A program made the translations under genes and the position numbers. Shown in pieces: positions 1 through 13,625 of a stretch of DNA of 64,000 nucleotides. Position 1 is the stretch's first letter, and each line of letters begins with the position of its first letter. The DNA lies in contig CM119269.1 in NCBI GenBank assembly GCA_051294375.1, positions 19,038,418-19,102,417 on the forward strand, written 5' to 3'. The notes under the pieces are model-generated. The model made no database searches. It saw only the letters and a program-made list of their open reading frames with translations, and was not told the origin of the DNA. The DNA is from Paraspadella gotoi. Lineage: Eukaryota > Animalia > Chaetognatha.

Positions 1-1175
1 CAACTCACCTACTCCCAGTTATTCCATCCCCACCACCCCCGCCACCCCCGACGCCCCCTGCTCCATTTCCCACTCCTTTTGCTAATCCTTCCAGATATCG
101 CCTCCCATTTTCCTTCGTTTTCTCTCTAATCTTTCCCCGTTATCACATTTCCTCTTTTTCCAGACTTTCTCGATAATTCCCTCTAATACTTTTTTTTTAT
201 TCTTTCTTTTCTCTCATCTTCCTCTTAATTATTTTTGTCTTTTGCATTAACGAATTTTTTTTTCCGTTGACCTAAGTTTTAATGAGTCTTTAATGATTAT
301 TTCCCCGACCTTTTTTTGAAAAGAATGATACAACTTTTAATTTGGTTCCGAAAAAAAAATACTACGCATTCAACCGTTGAGTATTTTCCATGTAAATTGT
401 AATTACTAATAAGTCGGGTCTAAAACTTTATCTCGCATAAACGTGTACCATTTTCGTCACTCCCAGCTTCAGCTACTTTACCTCTGTTAGGCCCTAGAAA
501 TCTCTAATCCTTGTCAGGCCTTCTCCGTCCTCCCTTCTCATTCTTCTTCGCCCATCCTGTGTCATCTTTTTTGAACCCCTGTCATTCTGCGTCGTTCTCG
601 ATCTTCCTTAGTCAGTCAGTCACTCCCTCTCGCCTCCTTTTATATAAATCGTCGATTTTCCCTCAAAACGTTTTTTCGCGTCGTCGATCAAAACCTCATT
701 AGCATACTACATCTCCGCCGCAGCTACCTTCGCTGCTCTCCCCTCTCCCTTTGATTATTTTATTGTACTTTAATTGTATTCATCGCGTAATTTGTGACGC
801 TTCGAAGGATTTTTCCTCTTCGACGCACCTTGGTCGAGGAGAGGGATGCGTTGGGGGGGAGGGGGGGTGAAAAGAGGTTCGAGGAGACAGAGAGGAGGAG
901 CGAGCACCTGTCCAGGGAAGGAGCGCGCGTATTACGCTTGCGCACGTGGAGCAGAGTCTCGAGTCTCGAGTGAGGACACGTTAAAACGATAGAAACAAAA
1001 TGTGTTTGAGGAAAGTATTTTTTTTTCTATTAACGGATTAAGTAATACGTATGCCGAGGAAACAGTAATAAAACTACGTCGTTCCTTGAACGGTTTACAC
1101 AGTACAGTGTACACTGTACAGCGCACATGCTTCCTCGGGAAAAAAAGACTGTATGCTGGGGGTTGTCGGCGGAGT

Positions 1176-1206
<31 letters not shown>

Positions 1207-1967
1207 GGCGGCGGCGAGCGGCCTTAAAATTTCTCATTTTCCACTTGATGAGATTTCGTTTCGTTGGAAGAAAAAAAGAAAGAAAAAGAGGAAAGGAGGA
1301 GATAAATTGAAGAAAAGTGAAGGAAGGAAAAAGAAGGCGAAAAAAGGGGATGAGAGAGAAAAAAAATAGTAAAAGATGAGGAGAAATATTGAACAAAATA
1401 GATGAAAATTTAAAAAAAAAAGAATCAAATGAAAAAAGTAGGAAAAGAGGATCGGGAAACAGGAGCATCAAAAAGCATTAGAAAGCAAGGGAGGTCAGAG
1501 GTCGAAATAATAAAAATAAATTTTAAAAGAAAAAAAAATTTAAGTTAAAGAAATGAAAAAATTTCAACCGTTTGATACAAAAAAAAACTGTAACTAAAAT
1601 AACAAATGCTTAATGAAAAAAAAATTTTGAAATAAGAGAAAAAAAAGTCGCGAAACTCGGATTTGAAATCATTTTCTGTTTTACGTACTGTTCCTGTAGG
1701 AGGAAAATTTTCAAATTGAATTTTCAAATTTTCAAATATTACGAGTTACTTTAAGAGCGAGCGGATTTACAAGGCGATCGTTTATTTTTTTTCCTACATA
1801 TAATCGAGGTACAATTTTTTTAATTTTTTAATATGGTTGTCTTTTCATTTCCTCTTTTCCTTCTTTCTGCATTTCAGAAATGGAACGAATCCAAAGACAG
1901 AAAATAGAATCGTCAGTGATTCAGACTCAATCTGCAAAATTACTTCGCCAACGACACGAATCGACGG

Positions 1968-1970
<3 letters not shown>

Positions 1971-2065
<95 letters not shown>

Positions 2066-2067
2066 CT
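1971..2067. repeat. (CT)n microsatellite, representative of many
   Basis: Near-perfect (CT)n/(GA)n tracts also lie at ~2886-2990, 11000-11110, 11215-11272, 20449-20485, 42074-42138, 50098-50135, 56095-56150, 56695-56808 and 63721-63808. (TTTC)n is at 54885-54978, (GAAA)n at 57048-57098 and (TTTCA)n at 63088-63141. Confidence 0.95.
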
Positions 2068-2883
2068 GCTCCATTTTTTTCTCTTTAACTTTTTATCTCT
2101 AGCACCCCCAAAGGTTGTCTTATTGCCAATCAAACCTAAACGTTTCCGACTTCCCTCTCTTTCTCCTCCCTAGTTTTCCTCTTCCTCCTCTGACTGAACC
2201 TCCGCTCTTTCCTCTCTCTCTCTCTGTTCCGTTTCTTTATCCTCTCTTTTTCTGCTTTTCTCTTTCTTTCTTAACCTTCTTCTAATTCCTTCCTTACCTC
2301 TCTCTCTGTTCTATGTACATTCCTCACCCTCTTTCCTCCCTCCCTCGCCCCAGAACGACAAACGCCACTTGAACTCGGTTTAATGGAATTCTTTCATGAT
2401 ACCCCATCCTCCTCCTCCTCCTCCTCCTAACTTCCCCGCCGCCCCCCCCGCGCTCCCTCCCATCTGGCGGTAAATTGCCGACGTAGCATCCGCCGACACG
2501 ACATCGTTGATTTCATGGACGGACGAAGGCGGGCGGAATCCGCTTATTGCGTTACTAGGCTTATTTCGTTACGTCGATATTTTACAGTATTCTTTTTTTA
2601 AACAGATAATATTATTGTTTATTGATATCTTTGAAACGCGTTGTTGCTACCTAATTTATATTTTATCTTTTTACTCCTTCGTGTTTTATTATAGGGAAAG
2701 TTTGTTAGTGTTAAGGTTAGTTTCAAATTTTAACGATGAGGAGAAATTGTATACGAAAGTAGTAGAATAATAATTGAACGAGACACTTTCACTCCGAGAC
2801 TTTCTTTCCTTAACCTAAAGATATGGAGAAAAAGATTTTTCAGAAATGTTATTTTCGTTTCATTTCCTCTTTTGATTGGAAGG

Positions 2884-2953
<70 letters not shown>

Positions 2954-5356
2954 TCTCTCTCTCTCTCCCCCTCTCTCTCTCTCTCTTTCTCGCCCGACGT
3001 CAACTGTTTTCTCTGTCAACATCATCTCATTTCTGCAACGAAGACAACGACGTGGATGGGAGGATGAAAACGACAACGACCACGTTGAGATAGAGCGAAT
3101 CTCTGGATTTTAACGTTAAATACTACTGAATTAATCAAAGTAATCCGAGATAATTCAATTACCACATGAAAATAGCCTCGTTTTCGATGAGTATGAATAA
3201 TGTCCAAACCAAACGATAAGAGCGGAGTGATATCGAGAACAGGGGAAGCGAGCTAAAGCTGCCTCGACTGAGAAAAGAATGTTAAGTTAAGTTACGTAAG
3301 GTTAAGTTAATTTAAGTTAAGCTAAGTAGGTCGTAAAAGAGAACAGATAGTCCGAGAGAATACAGATTATATAAAAACTCTCTTCACGCATAGCCACCAG
3401 ATATCTCGATGTCGACCTGCCTACTTTCTCAGGACAAGTTACGACGGTGTTAGAATCCGGAAAATAAGAAAATTTTATTTGTATCTGAATCAATATCCAT
3501 GTTTGATGTCGCAACGTTTTGACCGATATTAATCATCCTTTTATGTTTTATGTCTTCGTTTTATAATTGCAAACATTGGTATTTGATTCTCCGTTCCTCG
3601 TCGCCAAATTATTCGTTGATAATTAAACCTACAGTCATGTTCAAAATTCTTAATCGTTCGTTCTCCACACTTATTCGTATAATGTCAAAGAATATCAAAG
3701 AAAATTCTGTCGACGACTCAAGGCACAACCTGTTTTTACGAAGAAAAAAAATTATTTCTTTATTTTTTTTCGCTTTCCTTTCATTTCTCCACCTTTTCTT
3801 ATTTTTCTCAATCCCTTTCCTTTTCAACTCCTTTCCTTTAGATCTTATTATTTCCTTCTCGCGGAGCAAATCTTCGGTCGGTCTGTCGGTCGGTCGGTCG
3901 TTATATCTGTCCGTCGGTCTGTCCCACTGACGTTAAAAATGTAAGTAATTTGCCTATAGTTGGTTGCTCATTTGTTAAGACAAGAAAAAAACCTCAAATC
4001 TAAGGGATTGCTAGCGACGCCTTCAGAAAATCCTAAAACTAAAAGGAATAAAAGACGGAATTTCGATGCAGTGCATGTCATAAACACAAGGGCTTAAAAA
4101 GTTTTTTAGTCATGTCTTGTCATGTCAATACGCATGAAAATAAAGTCACTGCGGCGCAACACATTGGAATCACCGTTCTTGTTTTTACGTTTCTCTTCCT
4201 TCTTACTCGTCTCGTCCTTATTTATTCTCTTTTCTTTCCCTCATTTTTTCTTCAACTTTTCCTTTTTTTCTACAAAATTCGCTACTTTAGTATTCGACCT
4301 ACAGTAGTTATCATTCTTTTCTTCTTCTGAGCGTGGAGGCATTTCTATTGGACATATTTTTGTATTTGCTTTTATTGTTATTTATATCAATAAAATTTAA
4401 AAATACTTTGTTAGATTATAAACGTAATGAGTTTAAGAGACAAAGTAACTGATTGTACATTATGCGAATATATATATATATAATACTAAAGAATACTTTT
4501 AAGTAAAAGAATTGTTTTTTTAATATCAATAAAAAATATAAATGGTGGCGAAACTGGCAATCTTTTTTAAAAAGTAAAAGTCGTTCGCTTTCCTTTTTTT
4601 CTCGCCTTTTTTCTTTCATGAAAAAAAAAAGCGTGCATCGAGAAAAGAAATGATTTATAGCAAATTTGTATTTACCGAATAACGTCGTCGCCATGGTTGT
4701 TGTCGTCGTCATCGTCATCGTCGTCGTCATCACCGAAGTCACGTTTTATTCAAGAGAAGCGCCTTTTGAAGGCTAATCTCGTCTCACATGGCCATTTCTC
4801 TTTACAAGCAATCAATACTTACTTTTGCTCGTTTCCTACCTTCTCTCTTTTTTTACAAGCTTAAAGCATCCAAGCTTTGAAAATTCGTCCTTAATGTTAA
4901 AGCTATCAGGTAGTCTCTACAGTCATATCACCTCATATCATTGCTATTGGCTTCTCGAACTCAGACTCTAAGCAGCTTTCGCCTCCGCTCACCCTCGACA
5001 GCCTCTCCTCTCCCCTCGCTTTGCAATCGACCCATGGAAGCGCACACGCGCTCTATGGAGATTCGGTCAATACGAGGGCGCATTCCCCCATAAAATCTCC
5101 ATAAGCCTTTCAAAGAAGTTAAAGGTCGAATAGTGAGAGTGGAAAGTTATATTTAATAGATTCCAGATCGATCGATCGATCGGTCTATCTATCTGTCTAT
5201 CCATTCATCTATTTTGTTATCAAACACTTCTTAAATATGTTTACAATCTATCACATCTAATGAAATATTTATATTAATATCCCTAAAGTTCTCGATCTAT
5301 CTTTAAATTCTCACAAAAAAATTCTTCCGTTTTTCCTCGGAACTCGCTCGATATTC

Positions 5357-5387
<31 letters not shown>

Positions 5388-5489
5388 CCACGCTCTCTAT
5401 ATCTCTCTAAATTTCTCACTCTCCCGCATTTTTGTTTATCATTCATTTCGCTCACGTCTTCTTTTCATATCTCTCTTTCCTTGGCCTCC

Positions 5490-6050
5490 TTGTCCTCTTC
5501 ACTTTCATCACATCATCCTCATCTCCTCCCTTCTCTCTTCCTTGCCTCCTGTCCTTTCTTCTCACATCGTTCCTCATCTCTCCCTTTCTCGTTCCTTGTC
5601 CCTCGCTTTCATCACATCGTTCCTCATTCCTCTCCCTTTCTCTTCTTGCTCCTTCTATTTCATCACATCGTCCTCTATCTCTCCTCCCTTTCTCTCCTTT
5701 GTCTCCTCGCTTTCATCACATCGTTCCTCATCCTCTCCCTTTCTCTTCCTTGTCTCTCCTTTTCACATCGTCTCCTCATCCTTTCTCCTTTCTCTTCCTT
5801 GTCCCTCCTCGCTTTCATCAATCGTCCTCATCCTCTCCCTTTCTCTTCCTTGTCCTCCTCGCTTTCATCACATCTCCTCATCCTCCTCCCTTTCTCTTCC
5901 TTGTCCTCCTCGCTTCATCACATCGTTCCTCATCCTCCTCCCTTTCTCTTCCTTGTCCTCCTCGCTTTCATCACATCGTTCCTCATCCTCCTCTCTTCTC
6001 CTTGTCTCCTCGCTTTCATCACCATGTCCCTCATCCTCCTCCCTTTCTCT
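5490..6050. repeat. Pyrimidine-rich minisatellite, ~50-55 bp unit
   Basis: The unit tcctcctcgctttcatcacatcgttcctcatcctcctccctttctcttccttg recurs ~10 times with variants. It explains the ORFs at 5432-6335. Confidence 0.85.
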
Positions 6051-7678
6051 TTTCCTCTTTCTCTACTCCAATTCTCAGTTTTCGTTGACTCTTTTCCCCC
6101 TCAAACCCTTCTCAAACCAACCAATCACTTCTTTTTTTTCCCTTTCTTTAAACTCACTCTTAACTGTAACTCTCTGAACTCTCCCTATCTTCCTTCTTTT
6201 GCCTCACCCCTTCTCTTTCCCCCATATCTCCTCTCTTTCCTCTCAACCACCCTCCCCCCTTTCCACCTTCTCCCCCATCCCCATCTTCTTTTCCCTGCTC
6301 GCGCATTTATTAATCGCGACGTCGTCTTCGTCTGACGCCGACCGAGAAATCCTCCGTTCCCAGGAGGACGTCAACGACGACAACCAAAACAACGACAGGA
6401 ACAACAACGACAAATAAAATATCGCAACATCTGCGGCGACAGCATCAGTAAAAGTGTCGGAAATTGACAGTTTAAACTAGTTGAGTCTGTTAAAAAAACA
6501 ACTTTTTTTCATGATGTTTGAGGATGCCACAATTTGTTAAGACAAAGGACAAGATATATCTTATCTATTGAATGAATGGATAATTAATCGAATAGTTGTA
6601 GCAATTTCATAAAATATACATACATGCAGTACCTATTTCTTTATTTATGTATCTAAATTTAATGATTTAATTTGTTTGTGCCTCTCTCGATTTGCTTTAC
6701 TTTTTTATTGGCTGATTATTATAGGTTTATTATAAACAAATAAAATGGAGACGAAGAACGGATTTCTAATGTTGAGTTTATAAAAAACGATGGTGAAATT
6801 AACGAGTTTAATTTCGACGGTAAAAGGTTAAAAACGTGAGATTAAAAACACTTATAAATTTAAACTACAAACGCTGAGTTAAAAGCGTTGAACGTCCGTG
6901 TTTTCGAGAGGCACTTTTCTCTCCCTCACGACGTTTCAAACGTTAAAAATAATCACGATATTCTTCTTCAAATTTCAATATTTTTCTTCGCGGGAAACGG
7001 GCGAGGCAGCAGCCAGATATCATCTCGTCCCACGACCACGCTCGTGTTTTGTCATGACCGGCGTAACTTATTTTTTTTAAATGTACAATAAATAGAGGAT
7101 AACATTTAAGAATTCTGTTATTTTTATCTACCAGTTTTCTCTTTATTTTTCTTTTATATCTACCTCCTCTTTCCCTTCTTTCTTTTTTCTTCCACCTACG
7201 ACTTTTTTTCCTTTCCTCAATTCTCAATCCTTTTTCCCCACTCATTTAATTTTTTCCTTGCTCCTGCCAATTTTCCTTTTCACTTCTATGGCCTCCTCCT
7301 CCTCCTCCTCCTCCTCCTCCTCACTCACCCTCGTTACGTACTTAAAAGGGCGACCGCCATCTTACCAGTTATAGTTGTTGCATTATTATTTGTTGGGATC
7401 GCGCCTAATAGCTCGCCCCCTTCCCGGGCCCCAATCGAGCGTTCTTCTCGCCACCCACCCGCCACGCCTCCTCCGTTGCGGTATAGATCATAACATCTCC
7501 TCAATCTTCGCTCTTCTTGACTCTTAGTCATCGTTGCAATCTTTTTCCTCGAGACCTGACCTCGAACCCGGGATTTTTTTCATCAAAGTCGTATTAAGTA
7601 ACCAACTTTGCTGAATTCTAGGCGGTAGTGATTATTTCTCCCCAATTCATTTTATCTCTCTCTCCTCTCTCTCTCCCT

Positions 7679-7712
<34 letters not shown>

Positions 7713-7859
7713 CTCTTCTCTCTTCTCCTCTCTCTCTCTCCCTTAATTAAGTCAAAAAATTTTCGCCATGCGAGAGACTTGACGATCGTAAAGGCTCCGA
7801 GTGGATGGAGAAGGGGAAGGATCTCACGCCTCGGACTCTCGGAGGATTCCAATCTTCTC

Positions 7860-9065
7860 CTTCCCTTCCTTCCATTTATTCTTCTCTTCTCACTTTTTTT
7901 TCTCGCCCTTTCCTCTCTTCTCGCTTCCCTTCCTCCATTATTCTTCTCTTTCCTTTTTTTCTTTCTCGCCCTTTCCTCTCCTCTCTCTCCTTCCCTTCCT
8001 CCTTTTATTCTTCTGTCTCCTTTTTTTTTTCTCCCCTTTCCTCTCCTCTCTTCTCCTTCCCTTCCTCCATTTTATTCTCTCTTCTTCCTTTTTTTTTCTG
8101 CCCTTTCCTCTCCTCTCTTCTCCTTCCCTTCCTCCCTTTTATTCTTCTCTTTTCCTTTTTTCTTTCTCGCCCTTTCCTCTCCTCTCTTCTCCTTCCCTTC
8201 CTCCATTTTATTCTTCTCTTCTCCTTTTTTTTCTCGCCCTTTCCTCTCCTCTCTTCTCCTTCCTTCCTCCCTTTTATTCTTCTCTTTTCCCTTTTCTTTC
8301 TGCCTTTCCTTCTCCTCTCTTCTCCTTCCTCCTCCCTTTTATTCTTCTCTTTTCCTTTTTTCTTTCTTGCCCTTTCCTCTCCTCTCTTCTCCTTCCCTTC
8401 CTCCATTTTATTCTTCTGTTCTCCTTTTTTTTTTCTCGCCCTTTCCTCTCCTCTCTTCTCCTTCCCTTCCTCCATTTTATCTTCTCTTCTTCTTTTTTTT
8501 CTCGCCCTTTCCTCTCTTCTCCTTCCTTCTCCATTTTATTCTTCTCTTTCCTTTTTTCTTTCTCGCCCTTCTTCTCCTCTCTTCTCCTTCCCTTCCTCCA
8601 TTTTATTCTTCTGTTCTCCTTTTTTTTTCTCGCCCTTTCCTCTCCTCTCTTTCCTTCCCTTCCTCCTTTTATCTCTCTCTTCTCCTTTTTTCTTTCTCGC
8701 CCTTTCCTCTCTCTCTTCTTCCTTCCCATCCTCCCTTTTATTCTTCTTCTTTTCCTTTTTTCTTTCTCGCCCTTTCCTCTCCTCTCTTCTCCTTCCCTTC
8801 CTCCCTTTTATTCTTCTCCTCTCCTTTTTTCTTTCTCCTTCTTTCCTCTCCTCTCTTATCCTTCCCATCCTTCCTTTTATTATTCTCTTTTCCTTTTTTC
8901 TTTCTCGCCCTTTCCTTTCCTCTCCTCTCTTTTCCTTCCCTTCCTCCTTTTTATTCTTCTCTTCTCCTTTTTTCTTTCTCGCCCTTTCCTCTCCTTCCCT
9001 TCTTCCCTTTTATCCTTCTCTTCCCCATTTTTTTCTCGCCCTTTCCTCTCCTCTCTTCTCCTTCT
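7860..9065. repeat. Pyrimidine-rich minisatellite, ~65-70 bp unit
   Basis: The unit tttctcgccctttcctctcctctcttctccttcccttcctccattttattcttctc(t)n is repeated many times. It explains the F/L/S/P-rich ORFs at 7779-9563. Confidence 0.85.
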
Positions 9066-10997
9066 CTTTCTCTCTTCTATTCTTATCCAGTCGTCTGTTC
9101 TAACTTCTCTTTTCCTTTCATATCATCTCTTTTCTTTTCCTCCTCACCCCTCTTTTTCTATATTCCGCTCTCCTCTCTCCTCTTCTCTCTCTACTTTTCT
9201 TCTCCTCTTCTTTGGTCTCAGTCCCTCTCCTTTCTAATCTTCTCCTATTCTCTCTACTCACCTCTCTTTTTCTCCCTTCCCCTCTCCTCTCTTCGCTTTT
9301 CCTCCACTCTCTCTCCTCTCATTCTCCTTTCTCCTCCCATCTCCCTTCTTTTCTTCTCACTTCTCTTTACCTCTCTTGCCCTCTTCTCTTCTTTTTTCCT
9401 CTACCCTCCCTTCCTATATTACTTTCTATTTCCCTCCATCTTCCTCTGGGTCTTCCCCCTGACAACACATCCATTCTATCTTTCTCGCTTTTCTAGGTCC
9501 AATCTCCCTATGCTTCTTTTGCATATTGTATTTCGAGTCTTTCCGTTTTGTTATCCTTGTTAATTTTTTTTTAAAGCATCGTATCAAAGTTTTCGCCAGT
9601 TTGTCACAGACGCCAGTTCGGAAATTTCCGACGGGCCATTGCCGGTTATGCCGGTTCACACTCAGTTCCCAAAGAAGCCGCTCGAAACGGGGATGTTAGC
9701 CGAAGGCAGCAGGGATGGGTCGGGGTAAATAGTTTGTTGAGGAAATTTATTAGGTTGTTAAGCAGTATTTTTCTTATATTAGATTTGGCTAATACTAATC
9801 GGAAAGATATAATTTAAATTACGTATCATTAGGCCCTTGAGCTACAAAATATTAGCAAAATTTTATTGTCGCGAAAAAAGAGAGAAATAAGAGACTATAA
9901 AAAAATCAATAAAAAATACTTATTATTTTGATTCGTTGACAAGTGAAAAATTAGTGTGCGTCCTTTTAAACAATCGAAAGAATTTTCGCTTCTTCATTAC
10001 GTATATCTAAAATAAGATACTTATGAGACTGTGGACTAAATTAAGATTAGATATGAGATGTGGCTGTGATATTCAACATCTTGTTCTCTTGTCTGTGAAT
10101 TTTTGAAGAGGAAACCACGAAATCAGCGAAAGAGAACCAAAATCCATTAAGCTTAAATCCTTATTTTTTTTTTTCATTTCTTTTCTCGTTCCCGACTTAA
10201 AAAAAAAAAGTTTTAGTGACTTCTTCGTATCTTATTTTGGCTTTGATTTCGTATAACTTTTTTGTTTTGATCCTTCTAAGGATTCGCTTCGTTTCTGGAC
10301 AGACGGACAGCTCCTTCCGCAGCCATCTTCAATCTGGTCTCATCTTCTGCCATTAGGTGCATAACTCGTGCCATCCCGCGCCTTCCGGTGCTACTCGCTG
10401 CTTCTCAAGGCCGATCGGCGCCATCTAACGACGCCTCGTCCAAATTTACTCTGGCGAAGAAAAAAAAAAGAGAGAGGGAGAGAGAGAGAGATGAAGGGAG
10501 AGAGAGATGTAGAGAGAGAGAGGGAGAGAGAGAAAGCAAAAGAGAATAGTAAAGACGGCCTTGGGCTTTCCGTGGTGACAATACCAAGCGGTAGTTTAGT
10601 GTGAGAGAGAGGGGGAGAGAGAGAGGGGGAGAGAGAGAGAGAGAGAGAGAGAGAAAAAAGAGAGTGAGAGAGAGAAAGAAAAAGAGAGAGTGAGAGAGAG
10701 AGAAAAAAAGAAAGCCTATAAATTCAAATATAATATTAGATCGACTTTATGGTAAAAAAGTGATGATGGTTAAGATTTGATATTGATTAGATACTTTTTT
10801 ATCTGTGTGATTATTCAATCAAATAAAACATTTCAACTTTAAATTATTGTCTAACAAACATTTAACGAACTAATCCCGTCACGTGACTTTTGTCCCGACT
10901 GCTTTAGAATTAGACCCTCTACCTCCTCTGCTTGCTCGTCAGCTCCAGTCATCGTCGAAGGAAGTTTCGAAAAGACCAAGAAATTTGATCTGGAGAG

Positions 10998-11116
<119 letters not shown>

Positions 11117-11211
11117 CCACTCCGCTCTTCTTTTTTAAAGCTAAGATGTAAACCAGAGATTTAGTAGCGTTGACTGTCAACTGACATCACCAGAAACTAG
11201 AATCTTCACTT

Positions 11212-11273
<62 letters not shown>

Positions 11274-13625
11274 GTCCCATCATTTTTTTTTCTTTTCCCC
11301 GTCCAATTCATTAGCGACGTGAGAAAGTAGCCTCTGCTAAAGACGAAGGAAACGACGACGATTATGAACGCGACGACGACGACGACGACAGCAACCACGA
11401 CAGCGACGAGAACACCAACGAAGACTGGCAGCTCGACTAGAAAGTTTCGTTTTTTTTTTCAGTCGTAGAGCAATTTCAAAATGATATTTTCATTTTGTTC
11501 ATTTTCTTCTCTTTAGTTGCTAAGTACGTTTAACGTTTTAAGATTGGCTTTTTCATTTAAGTTTAATAAATATATTCATGAGACTCTGCTCAATTGATAA
11601 AAATTCATAAAACGCGATGAAAGAATGAAAAACAGAGGAAGCAGGAACGGAGGAACCTAGAAAGATGGAGGAAGAGAGAGAAACAAAAAGAGAGAAACAA
11701 AAAGAGAGAAATAAAAAGAGAGAGAGAGAGAGAGAGAAAGATGCTTGTCACGGTTCCTCTTCCGCGACCGAATCGGGCTGACTAAAATCTGCTCTGACCT
11801 CGCAGAACCAGTTTGACCTCGACTGACCTTCCGTTGGCCTTACCCTCTCTCATCCTCGCTTACCCTCTCTTTCTCATCCCCGAACTTCTCATCTCTTCTC
11901 AATCTTTCTCCTCGCGGATCAACATTTTCGCCTCAATTTTTATGCCCGAAGTGAGAATCGCGAGTGAAAAAAAAAACCCCATTTTTAATTAATCGACAGT
12001 TTCTTTTTTTTTTTTTACTTTTTTGTCTTTCTTCTTTTAACTCTTTTTTAAATTTTATTTCAAGAAAATGTTTAGAACGGTGTCCAAAATAAACGAAATT
12101 TATTTCTTTTCTTTTAAAAATTAAAATACGATTAACGAGTTTTGGTGAACCAATCGAACTGGAAAATAACCCGAAAACCTAATTTAATTTGTGGACCCTT
12201 CGAATTAACGGTGTTAATTAGACTAAAAAAAAATGGACCGGTGTATTATGTCTCCTTTTAAAAATCTTTATTTTTTCAATATATACTCCAATGAACTTTA
12301 TGTTATGAAATTAGTACAACCAATATAAAAATTATCTATTGATTTAAAAAATAAACTATATTGCTGTGAAAATTTACAAAATTACTTGTTTCATTTGATA
12401 TTAAATAGTTTTTCATTATGAGATGCCTGTGCTATAATTATAATTATACTCCCTGTGCTTGTGATGACGTTTAAAGAATTAATACTTGTTTCACTATTTT
12501 ATATTTTTATATTTTATAAAGGTTTTACTACTCCATCTTTATTATCTAAATATATATATATATATATATATTTGTTTTTGTCTCAACACAAATTTAGACT
12601 ACAATCTGTCCTAGTTTTCTAATAGATATCACACATCATTCCTGTTAGAAAGTCATTAATAAAAAATCATAATATCTAAGAGTAAGATGCTGGACAGAAA
12701 GGGATGGGAAAGGATAATTTTTTGAAGGGAGACCAGTTATTTATGATTTTTTTACCAATAGGGATAAGACTACCATGTAGAATCGTATGTTCTGATAGGG
12801 ATACATACTGGGGAAAGGTTTATAAGGGCACATTTATATCATGAACATAATTTTAAAATACTTGAATGAAAATTTCATTTTTTCTTTATCCTATTTTTTA
12901 ATTATTTTTCTTTTAATATTTTTTTATCTTTTATGTTTACACAATGGGAAGGTCATCAGTTGGGATTGAAATTTTCTCTCCCAATGAGCTTCCCTTTCTC
13001 GTCATAGTTTATTTTGATTTATTATATTATTCATTGGTCTAATTTTTTCTATTGGTATAATTTTTAAGTTTTCTAAGCCATGATTTTCATTGTTAAAATG
13101 TTGATGGATAATTTGAAAACTTTTTCCTGACTTTTTTTTATGACCATTAAACCTTATTCTTAAACTATTCTATAACTTTTATGTATTATTATTATGTTAT
13201 TTTTTTTACGCGGATTTTCGGAAAATTACGTAAAAAGTGCAAACTTATTCGGAAAAAAAAACAACCAAAAAAAAACACAATTGAATAAATGAAAAAATTG
13301 AATTCATAGATAAGATAAAAAAGTATTCTATGTCAAAATAAAAAAAATTAAATTAGTAGATCTGCAAAAAAACTGACGTTTATTCTAAACGTCAATAAAG
13401 ATTAAAGATAAAGCTCTTCGAAAAATTCGTTTTCTCGAGATTTAAACAAATAAATGTTAAGAAAATCGCCATTCATACATAATCTTTTCAATTTAAATTT
13501 TTTTTTTATCTCGCGATTTCTAAATGAGTCACTAAACTTTTGGATGTTAAAAACTTTGGAGGTCGAGTTGTACATATTTTAATCCGCTCCAGCCAAGACT
13601 TTTTCGTCACACCCACGCGTCAACA

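Noticed and set aside
1127-1369. Poly-Ala/poly-Arg ORFs at the (GCG)n tract
   Set aside because: Low-complexity sequence with no recognisable domain or splice context.
5432-9563. ORFs of 200-594 aa
   Set aside because: They are translations of pyrimidine-rich minisatellites lacking stop codons.
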